DNA of 62,223 nt, taken from positions 1-62,223 of the forward strand of contig JAPDJI010000015.1 of the NCBI GenBank assembly GCA_029259155.1, read 5' to 3'. Shown in pieces: positions 1 through 9,504 of the stretch; position 1 is the stretch's first letter, and every line of letters begins with the position of its first letter. The DNA is from Candidatus Methanomethylicia archaeon. Its GTDB lineage: Archaea > Thermoproteota > Methanomethylicia > Nezhaarchaeales > B40-G2. Under the pieces are notes generated by a model. It was not told the origin of the DNA. It saw only the letters and a program-made list of their open reading frames with translations, and did not search any database. Position numbers and translations under genes: made by a program.

Positions 1-2
1 GG

Positions 3-2444
3 AATTGCGAGAAAAGAGTGGCAATAGTTCTACATACCTCCGATATCGGAAATCTTGAGGCAAACATAGGGACGGCATGTGGTTTAGACACGTTTGAAAG
101 CGTTATTGAGATTCTAAGAGCTATGAAGGAAAGAGGGTATGAGGTCAAAAATATCCCGAGGGATGGTAAAGAGCTTGCAAGGATTTTTTTAGAGCAAAAG
201 CAAATGTGGGAAGGTGCCCTAGGTCACGGTATGAATTATGCTTTCATCATCGATAGCAATGAATATTCCAGGTGGTTCGGCGAGCTTCCTAGTAGAAATA
301 AAAGAGACATGTTGAAGACATGGGGCGAATTTGAGGATGTCGAAATACCGGGACTATCTTTTGGAGAAGTTTTTGTAACGATTCAGCCACCAAGAGTCAA
401 AACCTTTAATCCTGAAGATTTTCATAAACTTATGCATGACCCCACGTTGCCGATCCCACACTACTACTACGCGTTTTACAAATTTATAAATGAAAACTTC
501 GATGCCGTTATTCACGTAGGAAAGCATGGAAGCCTTGAATGGTTACCAGGCAAAAGTGTGGGTCTATCCAACGAATGCTACCCAGACATATGTCTGCACA
601 GCATCCCAAACATATACATATATATAGTCAACAATCCGGCAGAGGGGACACAAGCTAAAAGGAGGGGTTATGCGACCATAATCGACCACCTTCCTCCTCC
701 AATGAAATCATCAAACCGCTACGAAGAACTTGAAGTTGCCTTAGATGAATATTTCAAAGCTAAGGGAAGAGGGCTTGAAGAGCACTATAACGTCGCCAAA
801 AAACGGATTATTGAGCTTGCAAGAAGTTTCAATTTTGAAGTGAACGAAGAAAACTTTGACGATTCGGCATTAAGGTTACATTCTAAGATTTTAGAGCAGA
901 ACGAATCGCTTTATAACTATGGTTTGCATGTGTTTGGAAGAATTAACAGATCAACAATGGATGAGCTTATTAACGCGATAGTTAAGCCGGAGAGGATAAT
1001 CTTAAAGAAAATCGGGATCGAATATGACGAAGCCCTCAAGAATCCCTCAAAGTCTTTTAATGGATATACGCTTGGAGAAATTATTAGGATGATTAAGAAA
1101 GGAGAGTATCCTGAGTTTTTGAGAAATATAGCAGAGATTGTAGAAGGTGAAATTGTAGGTTTCCGTGAGGAAGTGAGAAGCAGGCTTGAGAACATCGTGG
1201 AGATTGAGAATTTACTCAAAGCCTTAGAAGGTAAATTTATCGAGCCAGCACCATCTGGGGATATAACGAGGGGAAGGATTGAAGCCATACCCACCGGTTT
1301 CAATTTCTACTCTGTTGACCCTTATGCAATCCCATCAAAGACGTCATGGGAGGTCGGGAAAAAACTTGCAGATCAGCTAATTCAAAAGCTTATTGAAAAA
1401 GAAGGGAGTCTCCCAGAAAGCGTCGCTTTCATTGAATGGAGCAGTGACCCCATGAATACTGACGGAGAGCAGATCGCTGAAATACTTTATTTGCTCGGTG
1501 TCGAACCGGCTTGGGAAGGCAATAGGGTTATGGGGCTCAGGATAATCCCCCTCGAGGAGCTAAAACGTCCGAGAGTAGATGTCACGGTTAGAATTAGTGG
1601 TTTGTTTAGGGATACATTTATGAATTTAGTTGAACTCATAGATGAGGCTACTGTGAAAGTCGCAACTCTAGATGAACCCCTAGAGATGAACTATGTTCGG
1701 AAGCACTTTTTGGATGGGTTAAGATATAGGGTTTTCGGCGATAAACCTGGAAGCTACGGAGCTGGGGTAAACCATGCTATAAACTCCTCTCACTGGCAAG
1801 ATGAGAGGGAGTTGGCTGAGATATATACAAACTGGGGTTGCTATGCTTATGGAAAAGGGGTTTTTGGGATTAAGGCGAAAGAAGAATTTAAGTTAAGCTT
1901 AAAAAATGTTGGAGCTGTCATAAGAAACCACTATACTGATGAATGGGACATATTAGATGATGATTGCCCTTACGCATTTCAAGGAGGTCTAGCATTAACA
2001 GTCGAAAAGTTGACAGGGAGAATGCCAGAAGTTTTAATAGTTGATACCAGAAACCCCGAATCTACAAAGGTTGTCAATGGTAGGGAGGAGATCGAAAGGG
2101 TGGTCAGAAAGACCCTGTTTAACCCGGATTGGATAGAGGGTATGAAAAAGCATGGCTATAAGGGTGCTGGCGATATTATGAAGAGGATCGTAAACCTCTT
2201 TGGTTGGCAGGCAACAGCTAAAGTTGTCGATGACTGGATATTTAATGAGGTTGCTGAGAGGTATGTGCTTAACGATGAAATGAGAAGATGGTTTATGGAT
2301 AACAATCCATACGCAATTGAAGAAATTGCGCGAAGATTGATGGAAGCCTATAAGAGGAGGCTTTGGAATGCAAGCGAAAGCATGATAGAAAAGATAGAGA
2401 ATGTTTATGCCGAAATTGAAGGATATCTTGAGGAGGGAATTTAA
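3..2444 (+). CDS. cobN: Cobaltochelatase CobN / Mg-chelatase H family, 5'-truncated by the window edge
   Basis: Motifs HVGKHGSLEWLPGK, NNPAEGTQAKRRG, PTGFNFYSVDP, RPRVDVTVRISGLFRD, NPDWIEGMKKHGYKG; frame is open to base 3 (NCEKRVAIVLH). Confidence 0.93.
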   Translation, partial: NCEKRVAIVLHTSDIGNLEANIGTACGLDTFESVIEILRAMKERGYEVKNIPRDGKELARIFLEQKQMWEGALGHGMNYAFIIDSNEYSRWFGELPSRNKRDMLKTWGEFEDVEIPGLSFGEVFVTIQPPRVKTFNPEDFHKLMHDPTLPIPHYYYAFYKFINENFDAVIHVGKHGSLEWLPGKSVGLSNECYPDICLHSIPNIYIYIVNNPAEGTQAKRRGYATIIDHLPPPMKSSNRYEELEVALDEYFKAKGRGLEEHYNVAKKRIIELARSFNFEVNEENFDDSALRLHSKILEQNESLYNYGLHVFGRINRSTMDELINAIVKPERIILKKIGIEYDEALKNPSKSFNGYTLGEIIRMIKKGEYPEFLRNIAEIVEGEIVGFREEVRSRLENIVEIENLLKALEGKFIEPAPSGDITRGRIEAIPTGFNFYSVDPYAIPSKTSWEVGKKLADQLIQKLIEKEGSLPESVAFIEWSSDPMNTDGEQIAEILYLLGVEPAWEGNRVMGLRIIPLEELKRPRVDVTVRISGLFRDTFMNLVELIDEATVKVATLDEPLEMNYVRKHFLDGLRYRVFGDKPGSYGAGVNHAINSSHWQDERELAEIYTNWGCYAYGKGVFGIKAKEEFKLSLKNVGAVIRNHYTDEWDILDDDCPYAFQGGLALTVEKLTGRMPEVLIVDTRNPESTKVVNGREEIERVVRKTLFNPDWIEGMKKHGYKGAGDIMKRIVNLFGWQATAKVVDDWIFNEVAERYVLNDEMRRWFMDNNPYAIEEIARRLMEAYKRRLWNASESMIEKIENVYAEIEGYLEEGI

Positions 2445-2468
2445 GTCTTTAGGCGTGATATGGGAACG

Positions 2469-2882
2469 TTAAGTCTTCTGACACTCATTAAAGTCGGCAT
2501 TTTTATTGAACTTGATTACAGCGTTAAGAATCGCATAGGTTACAAAGAAATCCTTACCTATTGGCTCGCAGAGTATTATCTTCTTTCCGTTGGGCGCTCT
2601 TTCCACTACACCCGTTCCTCTCTTTAAACCTAAGGTTTTTGAAAGTTCTCTGACCGTAAGTCCGTAGGCTATAAACAGCGGAACGACATAAATCACTTCA
2701 GATCTCATGTCTCTTATCACCTCATCTACTGTAGGCCTCCTATTATGAGCAGCAAAAGCAAGTTTCACCTCATCGAAAATCTTCATTTTTTCAATTCTCT
2801 TTTTGTGCAACTCCATGACTTTCTTATAATATGGTAGTTGGCTTCCATGTCCAACTATAACTAAACCTTTCATCACGATCAC
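2469..2882 (-). CDS. cbiX: Short archaeal sirohydrochlorin cobaltochelatase CbiX(S); second His apparently missing
   Basis: [23 protein letters not shown]; closely resembles A. fulgidus CbiX as recalled. Confidence 0.85.
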   Translation of the reverse strand: MIVMKGLVIVGHGSQLPYYKKVMELHKKRIEKMKIFDEVKLAFAAHNRRPTVDEVIRDMRSEVIYVVPLFIAYGLTVRELSKTLGLKRGTGVVERAPNGKKIILCEPIGKDFFVTYAILNAVIKFNKNADFNECQKT

Positions 2883-4042
2883 CTCTTTTTCGCAAACAGG
2901 ATTACAAGGTCTGATTCTATCTCACAATCCTTACAGATTCTTTCTCCTTCATATCCCAAGTTCTCTAAAACGGTAACATCCGCAAACGTTCTTAATATTT
3001 CTGGATTAAACTTCGAATCAGCCAAAATCAGCGCATCTCTACCGATTTCAAAAGCCTTCTTAACCTCCTCAATACAGCCCTTTGCATGTCCATCAATTAC
3101 CATAACCTCAGTTAAATCAACACCTAGATTTGCCATAGCAAGTTGAACCGAGGACACGCCTGGAATAACGTCACCTTTGATCTTCTTACCCAACCCAATA
3201 ACCATCGGGTCTCCTGTTGAGAGGACAACCACCCTCCTCCTTTTACCCTCCTCCTCCATTGCCTTATAAACATCCCTACTGAACCTTTTTATCTCCACGA
3301 AATTGCTCTTTATATATTTTTTAGCAATTTCAAGCGCCCTTTTGCTCCCATAAACAATATCCGCTTTCTGAATCTCTTCTATAGCTCTCTCTGTTAGATA
3401 CCCCTTTGACGCCCCAACACCTACGATTATTACGCCTTTTTCAGACCTCAAGAAACCCTTTTTATAAGCCATATCGATGATTCCGTTGAGTATAGCTACA
3501 CATAAGTTGCTTCCCCCCTTGCTACCCATAGTGGTTATGGAGGGGAATTCGAGCTTCCTAATCAACTCCTTAGATTCGTTAGCATTAACAAACCCTACCG
3601 GAGTAGCTATGATTAAAGATGGTTTATATCCTCTTTTGCATAACTCATATACAGCCATTGCTCCAGACGGCGAATTACCGATAGCAACTATGCTACCATC
3701 TATGGCATCCTTAAGCCTATAAAATCCATCTCTAACTCTAACTCCAGCATTGACGTTAGCATGTTCAACGGCAACTAAGACGTTGTAGTACCTCCTAATT
3801 CCAGCTCTAACCATCGACACATCAACTATTATCTTTTGTTTACTACGTAACGCCTCGATTCCGGTTTCAATCGGATTACCTTTGAAGACAATAACATCTT
3901 TTATAGAAGGATCACCGGTAGCCATTATACATCTCTTTAAAATAAGAGCTTCTGGGTCGTCCCCCTTAACGAAGCCGTTCATTATGCTGTAACTTTTTCT
4001 CACAATCTCTCTAGCTTCATCGCCGTAAGCCCCCATCTCCAT
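2879..4042 (-). CDS. cbiC-cbiE: Fused precorrin-8X methylmutase (CbiC) / cobalt-precorrin-7 C5-methyltransferase (CbiE)
   Basis: N-half AIGNSP...[11 protein letters not shown]...KGGS (CbiC); C-half IIVGVGA...LSTGDPM...PGVSSVQLA (tetrapyrrole methyltransferase). Confidence 0.88.
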   Translation of the reverse strand: MEMGAYGDEAREIVRKSYSIMNGFVKGDDPEALILKRCIMATGDPSIKDVIVFKGNPIETGIEALRSKQKIIVDVSMVRAGIRRYYNVLVAVEHANVNAGVRVRDGFYRLKDAIDGSIVAIGNSPSGAMAVYELCKRGYKPSLIIATPVGFVNANESKELIRKLEFPSITTMGSKGGSNLCVAILNGIIDMAYKKGFLRSEKGVIIVGVGASKGYLTERAIEEIQKADIVYGSKRALEIAKKYIKSNFVEIKRFSRDVYKAMEEEGKRRRVVVLSTGDPMVIGLGKKIKGDVIPGVSSVQLAMANLGVDLTEVMVIDGHAKGCIEEVKKAFEIGRDALILADSKFNPEILRTFADVTVLENLGYEGERICKDCEIESDLVILFAKKR

Positions 4043-4043
4043 A

Positions 4044-4793
4044 TTACCACCTATACTTCCTTGAATAGCCCCTTGGGGTGATCATTTTCCCATTTGAAAT
4101 TATCGTTTCAGAATTTGGAATAAATAAAATGGTGTGCATGTCTATTTTCTCTGGATCATTTATTATTTCTTCGGGGCTTATGATGAAGGCGTTCTCCCCC
4201 TCTCGAGTTGCGTTTCTAACTACTCCAACCGGAACATTACCCCTAATCTTCAATATGATTTTCATAGCCTTCACAAGGTTATTCATCCTTTTTTTACTGG
4301 ATGGGTTATATATCACCACAACAAAATCTCCCTTCAAAGCCATTTCGAGCTTTCTCTCTATTTTTTCCCATGGCGTCAGTAGGTCGCTTAGACTTAAAAC
4401 TGCGTGGTCTCCAGCTACAACGCAACCTAAAAGAGGGGAAGCTGCGCATAACGCTGTAACACCTGGAACGACTTCAAAGTTAACATCTCTTCTAGTGAAA
4501 TAAACGTATTCAGCGACAAGTGAAGCCATACCGTATATAGATGGGTCGCCACCACTCACAAGACTCGTGATATGCGATTTGGCAAGTTGAATCGCTTTCT
4601 TTACCCTTTCAACCTCCTCACCCATCTGGCTCTCGATGATTTCCCCTTTAATTATGTGACGAATTTTCTCAATATAGGCCCTATGACCTAATACGAATTC
4701 TGATTCCTCTAAAACACTTTTAGCCTTAAGCGTCAGTAGTTCCGGTTCTCCCGGTCCGATACCAACTACGTAAAGTTTACCTTGCGACGGCAA
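4044..4793 (-). CDS. cbiH: Precorrin-3B C17-methyltransferase
   Basis: LYVVGIGPG, SGGDPSIYGMA, LSLSDLLTPWEKIE, YNPSS, C-terminal MITPRGY. Confidence 0.92.
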   Translation of the reverse strand: MPSQGKLYVVGIGPGEPELLTLKAKSVLEESEFVLGHRAYIEKIRHIIKGEIIESQMGEEVERVKKAIQLAKSHITSLVSGGDPSIYGMASLVAEYVYFTRRDVNFEVVPGVTALCAASPLLGCVVAGDHAVLSLSDLLTPWEKIERKLEMALKGDFVVVIYNPSSKKRMNNLVKAMKIILKIRGNVPVGVVRNATREGENAFIISPEEIINDPEKIDMHTILFIPNSETIISNGKMITPRGYSRKYRW

Positions 4794-5481
4794 TAGTTAC
4801 GCCTCCATAAGCTTTCTTCGGTAAGATTAGCTCTTTCTTTTTGGAATAAAATAAGGCGCATGCCTCCGCGACGTTTTTAACTCCTATTATGTTAGCTTTT
4901 GTCTCCCTAATGTCCATCTCATTTATTTTTTCGGTTGAAACAAACATTAGAGGCTTTTTTATATTGTCAGCCGCCTCGATTAATCCTTTTTCATCTTTCT
5001 TCAGATCAACCGTCGCGATCAATCTTACATCTTCAAGCTTAGCTTTGACTTCGTTCAATGCTAAATAAATGACTTTTAAAATTTCCTCAGAACTCACACC
5101 TCTCCTGCAACCTAACCCTATGCAAAGTCCGTCTGAAAATTCTGCTGAAGTAGTTTTAACTGGCGTTAAGCCTAAGGACTTAAGGTTCTCAGCTACGGTG
5201 TTTGCTCCGCGATGGGCTCCAAGCAAAGGAATCGCGTACTTCATAGGTTTATCTATTACCACTATGGGTGGGTCTACCCACTTACCCTTTAAATGAGGGC
5301 AAACAGATCTAACCACTATGCCAGTTGGCATGTAAGCGACTATGCAGTCGAATTTATTCATTAATTCACCAAATATTCCTGAACGATAAATCACAACATT
5401 TGCGTCAAGGAACTTTGCGATCTTCTCAATTTTTTGGCGGTCCTTTTCAAATCCTAGTACAGCTATGCGTATAGAACACAC
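4777..5481 (-). CDS. cbiG: Cobalt-precorrin-5A hydrolase
   Basis: TGIVVR, DPPIVVID, LLGAHRGAN, GLGCRRG, GVKNVAEACA, GVTIAVAR. Confidence 0.9.
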   Translation of the reverse strand: MCSIRIAVLGFEKDRQKIEKIAKFLDANVVIYRSGIFGELMNKFDCIVAYMPTGIVVRSVCPHLKGKWVDPPIVVIDKPMKYAIPLLGAHRGANTVAENLKSLGLTPVKTTSAEFSDGLCIGLGCRRGVSSEEILKVIYLALNEVKAKLEDVRLIATVDLKKDEKGLIEAADNIKKPLMFVSTEKINEMDIRETKANIIGVKNVAEACALFYSKKKELILPKKAYGGVTIAVAR

Positions 5482-6176
5482 CTCCCGACATTTTCTTCTT
5501 TCTCCAAGACCTTGCCTATTATTATCACAGACGTTCTTCTTATCCCTTCTTTCCTGACCTTTTCTGCAATATCTCCAAGCCTCCCCTTCACTATCTTTTC
5601 GTCGCCTCTTGACGCGTGATGCACGACCGCGATTGGTTCATCCCAACCTCTAATTCTTCCAACCCTTTCAGCTATTTCTTCGATCTTTTCCATTCCGAGC
5701 AAAATTACAATAGTGCAGGGTATTTTTGCGAATTCCTCTAAATAGTCTCTGTTGAGCGTCTTACCAGCAGGTCGAAGTATCACAACCGCATGCGAGACTG
5801 AGGGGGTTGTTAGCTCGGTTTTTAAGGTTGCGGCGGTTGAGAAGACGCTACTGACCCCCGGAATTACCTCGCATTCGAGCCCCCTTTTCCTAAGCTCGAT
5901 TATTTGTTCATTTATAGCTGAAAATATAGAGGGATCTCCGCTCACAATTCTTGCGACAGTCTTACCCGCTTTAACGCTACTCTCAATTAGCTCTATTATT
6001 TCTTCAAGCCTCATCCCATAACTATTGACTTTTCTCCCATTAAATTCCTCTAGGAATTTTTCGTCTATTAATGAGCCAGGATAAATTATTATATCGGCTT
6101 GCTTGAGAATCTTATAGGCTTTGATCGTCAGTAGCTCAGGGTCCCCTGGGCCAAAGCCTATAAAATAAATCTTCAT
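5463..6176 (-). CDS. cbiF: Precorrin-4 C11-methyltransferase
   Basis: IGFGPGDPELLTIKA, IIYPGSLI, ARIVSGDPSIFSAINEQ, ELTTP. Confidence 0.9.
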   Translation of the reverse strand: MKIYFIGFGPGDPELLTIKAYKILKQADIIIYPGSLIDEKFLEEFNGRKVNSYGMRLEEIIELIESSVKAGKTVARIVSGDPSIFSAINEQIIELRKRGLECEVIPGVSSVFSTAATLKTELTTPSVSHAVVILRPAGKTLNRDYLEEFAKIPCTIVILLGMEKIEEIAERVGRIRGWDEPIAVVHHASRGDEKIVKGRLGDIAEKVRKEGIRRTSVIIIGKVLEKEENVGRCVLYA

Positions 6177-6180
6177 AGCA

Positions 6181-6789
6181 TCACCTTATTCCAACAACGA
6201 TTGTAAAGTAATCCGCTTTTTCTGGAGGTCTATCAATCTTTTCGACTCTCTCACCGTCCATAAACATCCTCTCTGCTAAGTAAAACTTCTTCATTCCCAT
6301 CTTTTTGAGACGTTCACATATTTCCCTAGGCCTTGTGGCTTTTGAGACGACGACGTAGCCGATATCATCGTCTTTAAGCGTGGTTATAAGCAAGTGGTTG
6401 TCCACGAATACCTTTATTCTTGAGAATACGGTCGTGAAGCTTGGTATTCCTGGGACAACTTCAATCTCAATACCTGGGTTTATATTAATCATTTCTTCAA
6501 CAAGATGATGAAATGTAGAATAGAACATTGGATCCCCTAAACATGCAAACGCGATATTTTCCCTGGCGCATCTGTCTATAAGCTCTTTCGCTAATTTGAT
6601 TATGCTCCCTCTGCCCTCTCTGCCTTTACCCATCGGAAAATTTACAACGCGGGGCTTTACTATATGCCTAACAAGCGATTCTGCGAGCCTTCCTGGGACG
6701 ATCACCTCATCCACCGCTTTAAGAACCTCAATAGCTTTTAGGGTTATTAGTTTAGGATCCCCCGGTCCTAAACCCACACCGAATAACAT
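6181..6789 (-). CDS. cbiL: Cobalt-precorrin-2 C20-methyltransferase
   Basis: GVGLGPGDPKLITLKA, FPM, LGDPMFYSTF, VPGIPS. Confidence 0.88.
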   Translation of the reverse strand: MLFGVGLGPGDPKLITLKAIEVLKAVDEVIVPGRLAESLVRHIVKPRVVNFPMGKGREGRGSIIKLAKELIDRCARENIAFACLGDPMFYSTFHHLVEEMININPGIEIEVVPGIPSFTTVFSRIKVFVDNHLLITTLKDDDIGYVVVSKATRPREICERLKKMGMKKFYLAERMFMDGERVEKIDRPPEKADYFTIVVGIR

Positions 6790-7274
6790 TATACACCACC
6801 TACAACCATAAATATGGGATTTATTGTCTTGAAAGCAGTAAGTCCGGCTAATTCGTAGCTCTTTGACACGTTGACGATTAAGGCCTCCTTAAAAATACCC
6901 GATTCCTTCATGGCATGAATAACTTTGCAAGCTGTCTCTATCCTCGCAAGATTTACGGCAATCCTCCTCGCCTTTTTGCCCGCAACTTCAAGCATCTCTT
7001 CAATATCCCTGCTTCCCCCAAAAAAGACAGCATCGTAATCATATTTCTTTAAAAATTCTAAGCCGTGCATGTGTAATAGCTCAACATTTTCCTTAACTTT
7101 AGCGCTCTTAATTATATTTTCATCTATATCGACAGCGTAAACCTTAGAAACGTAATCCGCGAAAAAGTTAGATACTATGCAGCTCCCACAACCTATGTCA
7201 GCGAAGACCTCTTCCTTTCTTGGCTTGAGTTTTGCGAAAAGTATTCCAATTACTTCTTCTTTCGTAGCCTTCAT
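6789..7274 (-). CDS. cbiT: Precorrin-6B C15-methyltransferase (decarboxylating)
   Basis: TKEEV, DIGCGS SAM-binding motif, FFGGS, NPIF; first gene of the cbi operon, with SD-like GGAG upstream. Confidence 0.85.
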   Translation of the reverse strand: MKATKEEVIGILFAKLKPRKEEVFADIGCGSCIVSNFFADYVSKVYAVDIDENIIKSAKVKENVELLHMHGLEFLKKYDYDAVFFGGSRDIEEMLEVAGKKARRIAVNLARIETACKVIHAMKESGIFKEALIVNVSKSYELAGLTAFKTINPIFMVVGGV

Positions 7275-7290
7275 AACATCAACTCCTAAT

Positions 7291-7660
7291 AGGCGTGTCT
7301 AACTATGGAAGTTATCAAAACTATTTAAGCTCTTTTAAGCTTTATGTGGAGTTTGAGGGGGCTTTCTGATGGTGAGTAGGAGCTCTGAAGGCCTTTGTCG
7401 CCTTCTAAGGCTAAGAATGGTAAACCTGGGGCTGATAATTGGATGGGTTCTGAACGACATCCCATAGTGGAGTTTCCATATGGATGAGCATAAAAGAAGT
7501 TGAGCTCTAAGATATCCCTCCAATTATTGCCCATCAGGGGTATTTGCCTGCAAACCTGAGGATTCATTGCGAGCTATTAAGAAAGCTCCTTAGAGTTTAA
7601 TCGTAATGATGTTGGAACAAGTCTTGTAAAGACGTAGAAAAGCTGATCGAAACGCTCAAA
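7291..7660 (+). mobile_element. Degenerate IS5-family (IS427-like) element remnant
   Basis: End-like AGGCGTGTCTAAC at 7291-7303; + strand from ATG 7344 reads MWSLRGLSDGE*EL*RPLSPSKAKNGKPGADN(fs)VLNDI, resembling the IS5 N-terminal pattern LSDEEWELLRPLLP..GRPRADDR.VLNGI; several stops and frameshifts. Right boundary approximate. Confidence 0.62.
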
Positions 7661-7813
7661 GTAGCGCGCATAAGCTCCCAGCAAAGCGTGCAGTCGCACT
7701 CAAACCATACCACAAGGATCCTCATGGCTCACGCCTAAGCCCTAAGGCGCTTATAAGCTCGCCGCGCTCATAGTTCTCGCTGAGCCTGCCGCCGCACTCA
7801 GAGTAACACAAAC

Positions 7814-8220
7814 CTAGACCCTCCGAGCGCCGAGCGCCCTCAGTCTCGCCCTGTAGAGGGCTACCTTATCGACCAGCTCCACCGTGGCGGCTAGGATAGT
7901 GGTGGCTCTCAGGTTAAGCCTGCTCAGCAGCCTAACCCTAAGCCCGCCCTTAACACCCTCAACCCTTAGCTTGGCGAGGCCTAGGGCCGTGAGCCTCTTT
8001 AGGTCTGCGCCCTCGCAGGGTAGCCCCTCTACAATCACCTTCGCGACCAAGACTCTAAGCTCCTCCCACGCAAGCCTAGCAGCCGACTCCTTGGGGAAGA
8101 GAAGAGGGACCATCCATATAGCCGCGAAGAAAGCTCATATCGAGAGCAGCGCTAGGAGCGCTAGGACCCCCTCATGTAAACCCCTCAACAGGGGGTCGCC
8201 TAGCACGGCCCTCAGCCAGC
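7814..8220 (-). pseudogene. Decayed small membrane protein gene
   Basis: Frame of ORF 7814-8113 continues upstream through an in-frame TGA (8135-8137) into the hydrophobic stretch GVLALLALLSI*AFFAAIWMVPLLF. Confidence 0.35.
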
Positions 8221-8383
8221 ATAAAAACCGGCTGCCCGCCCGCTACATCAGCGCCCAGCAGCGATGAAACCGCCTGCTCCTCAGTTTTTAGTGGAGGCTT
8301 GGCCGTGAGGCGCAGGGTTGAGGATGAGTGTAAGCGTAGCCGAGCAAGCTAGGCTAGCTGAGGGGTTTAGGGGCTCGCTAGCT

Positions 8384-8851
8384 CTAAGCGATCTCTAGAA
8401 TCTTAGGCCAACTCCTAGTACACGGAGCTAACATTATGGCTCGGAGAGTCTCAGGCGTAGTAATCAACATGTCAGGGGGTGTCTTGGCCTGCTTGGAGCG
8501 CTCTGAGGGGTCGGTGTCGCCGTGCCTAACAGCCACCTTGATGTCTAGCTCAGAGCCCCACCACTCTAAGCGGTCTAGTAGGTCGCGGTTGAGGGCTCTA
8601 AGAGAGGTTATGTGGAGTATCTTTACTCCTAGAGGGTGTTCGCCAGACTGTAGGTATAGGCTGAAGATTGGTAAGAGAGCCACCTCGGTTTTACAGGTGG
8701 CGGTGGGAGCTATTATTAGCAAGTTTCTGCCCTCGAGTATCAGCGGTATGGCTTTTTCCCGCGGCTCCGTGGGCCGTTTGAACCCTCTCTTAGCTATGGC
8801 CTCATGGACCGGTTTAGCCAATAGCCTAAAGGCACCGTACACCCTGCTCAA
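8384..8851 (-). pseudogene. lhr: Truncated Lhr-type DEAD/DEAH helicase (N-terminal fragment)
   Basis: Degenerate Q motif (PTEPRE), Walker A APTATCKT, SLRALNRDL, VRHGDT, ITTPETL; ends before the DExH motif. Confidence 0.82.
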
Positions 8852-9009
8852 GCCTTGAATAAGCCCCTACGCTAAGTGGGCGTTTAAGGTTTGCCTTAGC
8901 AACATAAAAAATTACTGGAGCCGTGGTCCTAAGTCCACTTAAAGCCTAGCGTCGACGAGGCAGGTGGATTTAAGGGGTTAAGGGTGTAGTTAAGGAGGGT
9001 TGAGTAGAG

Positions 9010-9390
9010 GTGGGGTTGACTAAGGTTAAGGTTAAGCTCGTTAACCCTGAGGAGGGACTGGAGGGGGACGTAGAGCTCTTAATTGATACGGGCTCTGTGT
9101 TAACGTGGATTAAGGGTAGTAGGTTAGAGGAGTTAAAGGTTAAGCCTAGAAGGGTTAGGAGGATTAAGACTATTACGGGCCAGGTCGTTGAGAGGCAGAC
9201 AGGGCTGGTGACCTTGGTTTTAGGAGAGGAAGAGGCTGACGTGGAGGTGGTCTTCGCCGAGGAAGAGGACGGCGAAGTTTTAGGCGTGGTCGCCCTTGAA
9301 AGCCTAGGCTATGCAGTTAACACCGTTACTGGCAGATTGGAACGCGTAGGATACATAGCCTATAGCTCCTTCAACTCTCGTCGAACCTAA
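9010..9390 (+). CDS. Clan AA retropepsin-like aspartic protease
   Basis: LIDTGS catalytic motif and VLGVVALESLG; 126 aa. Confidence 0.85.
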   Translation: MGLTKVKVKLVNPEEGLEGDVELLIDTGSVLTWIKGSRLEELKVKPRRVRRIKTITGQVVERQTGLVTLVLGEEEADVEVVFAEEEDGEVLGVVALESLGYAVNTVTGRLERVGYIAYSSFNSRRT

Positions 9391-9504
9391 CCTCACCTTA
9401 CTATCCTAGTTGGCAGGCCTAAGCTCTGTAAGGCAAGGGTTTAAGGTCGCGCTCATAAGGCCCCTCTCTACGTAAGGCGTGGCTGTGCTTAGCCCCTATT
9501 AAGG

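Noticed and set aside
2441-2477. 9-bp direct repeat TTAAGTCTT at the cobN/cbiX convergence
   Set aside because: Could mark a rearrangement, but it is short, AT-rich and includes both stop codons, so chance is plausible.
7325-7567. Minus-strand ORFs 7325-7567 and 7335-7523 as genes
   Set aside because: Better explained as shadows of the plus-strand IS5 transposase relic.
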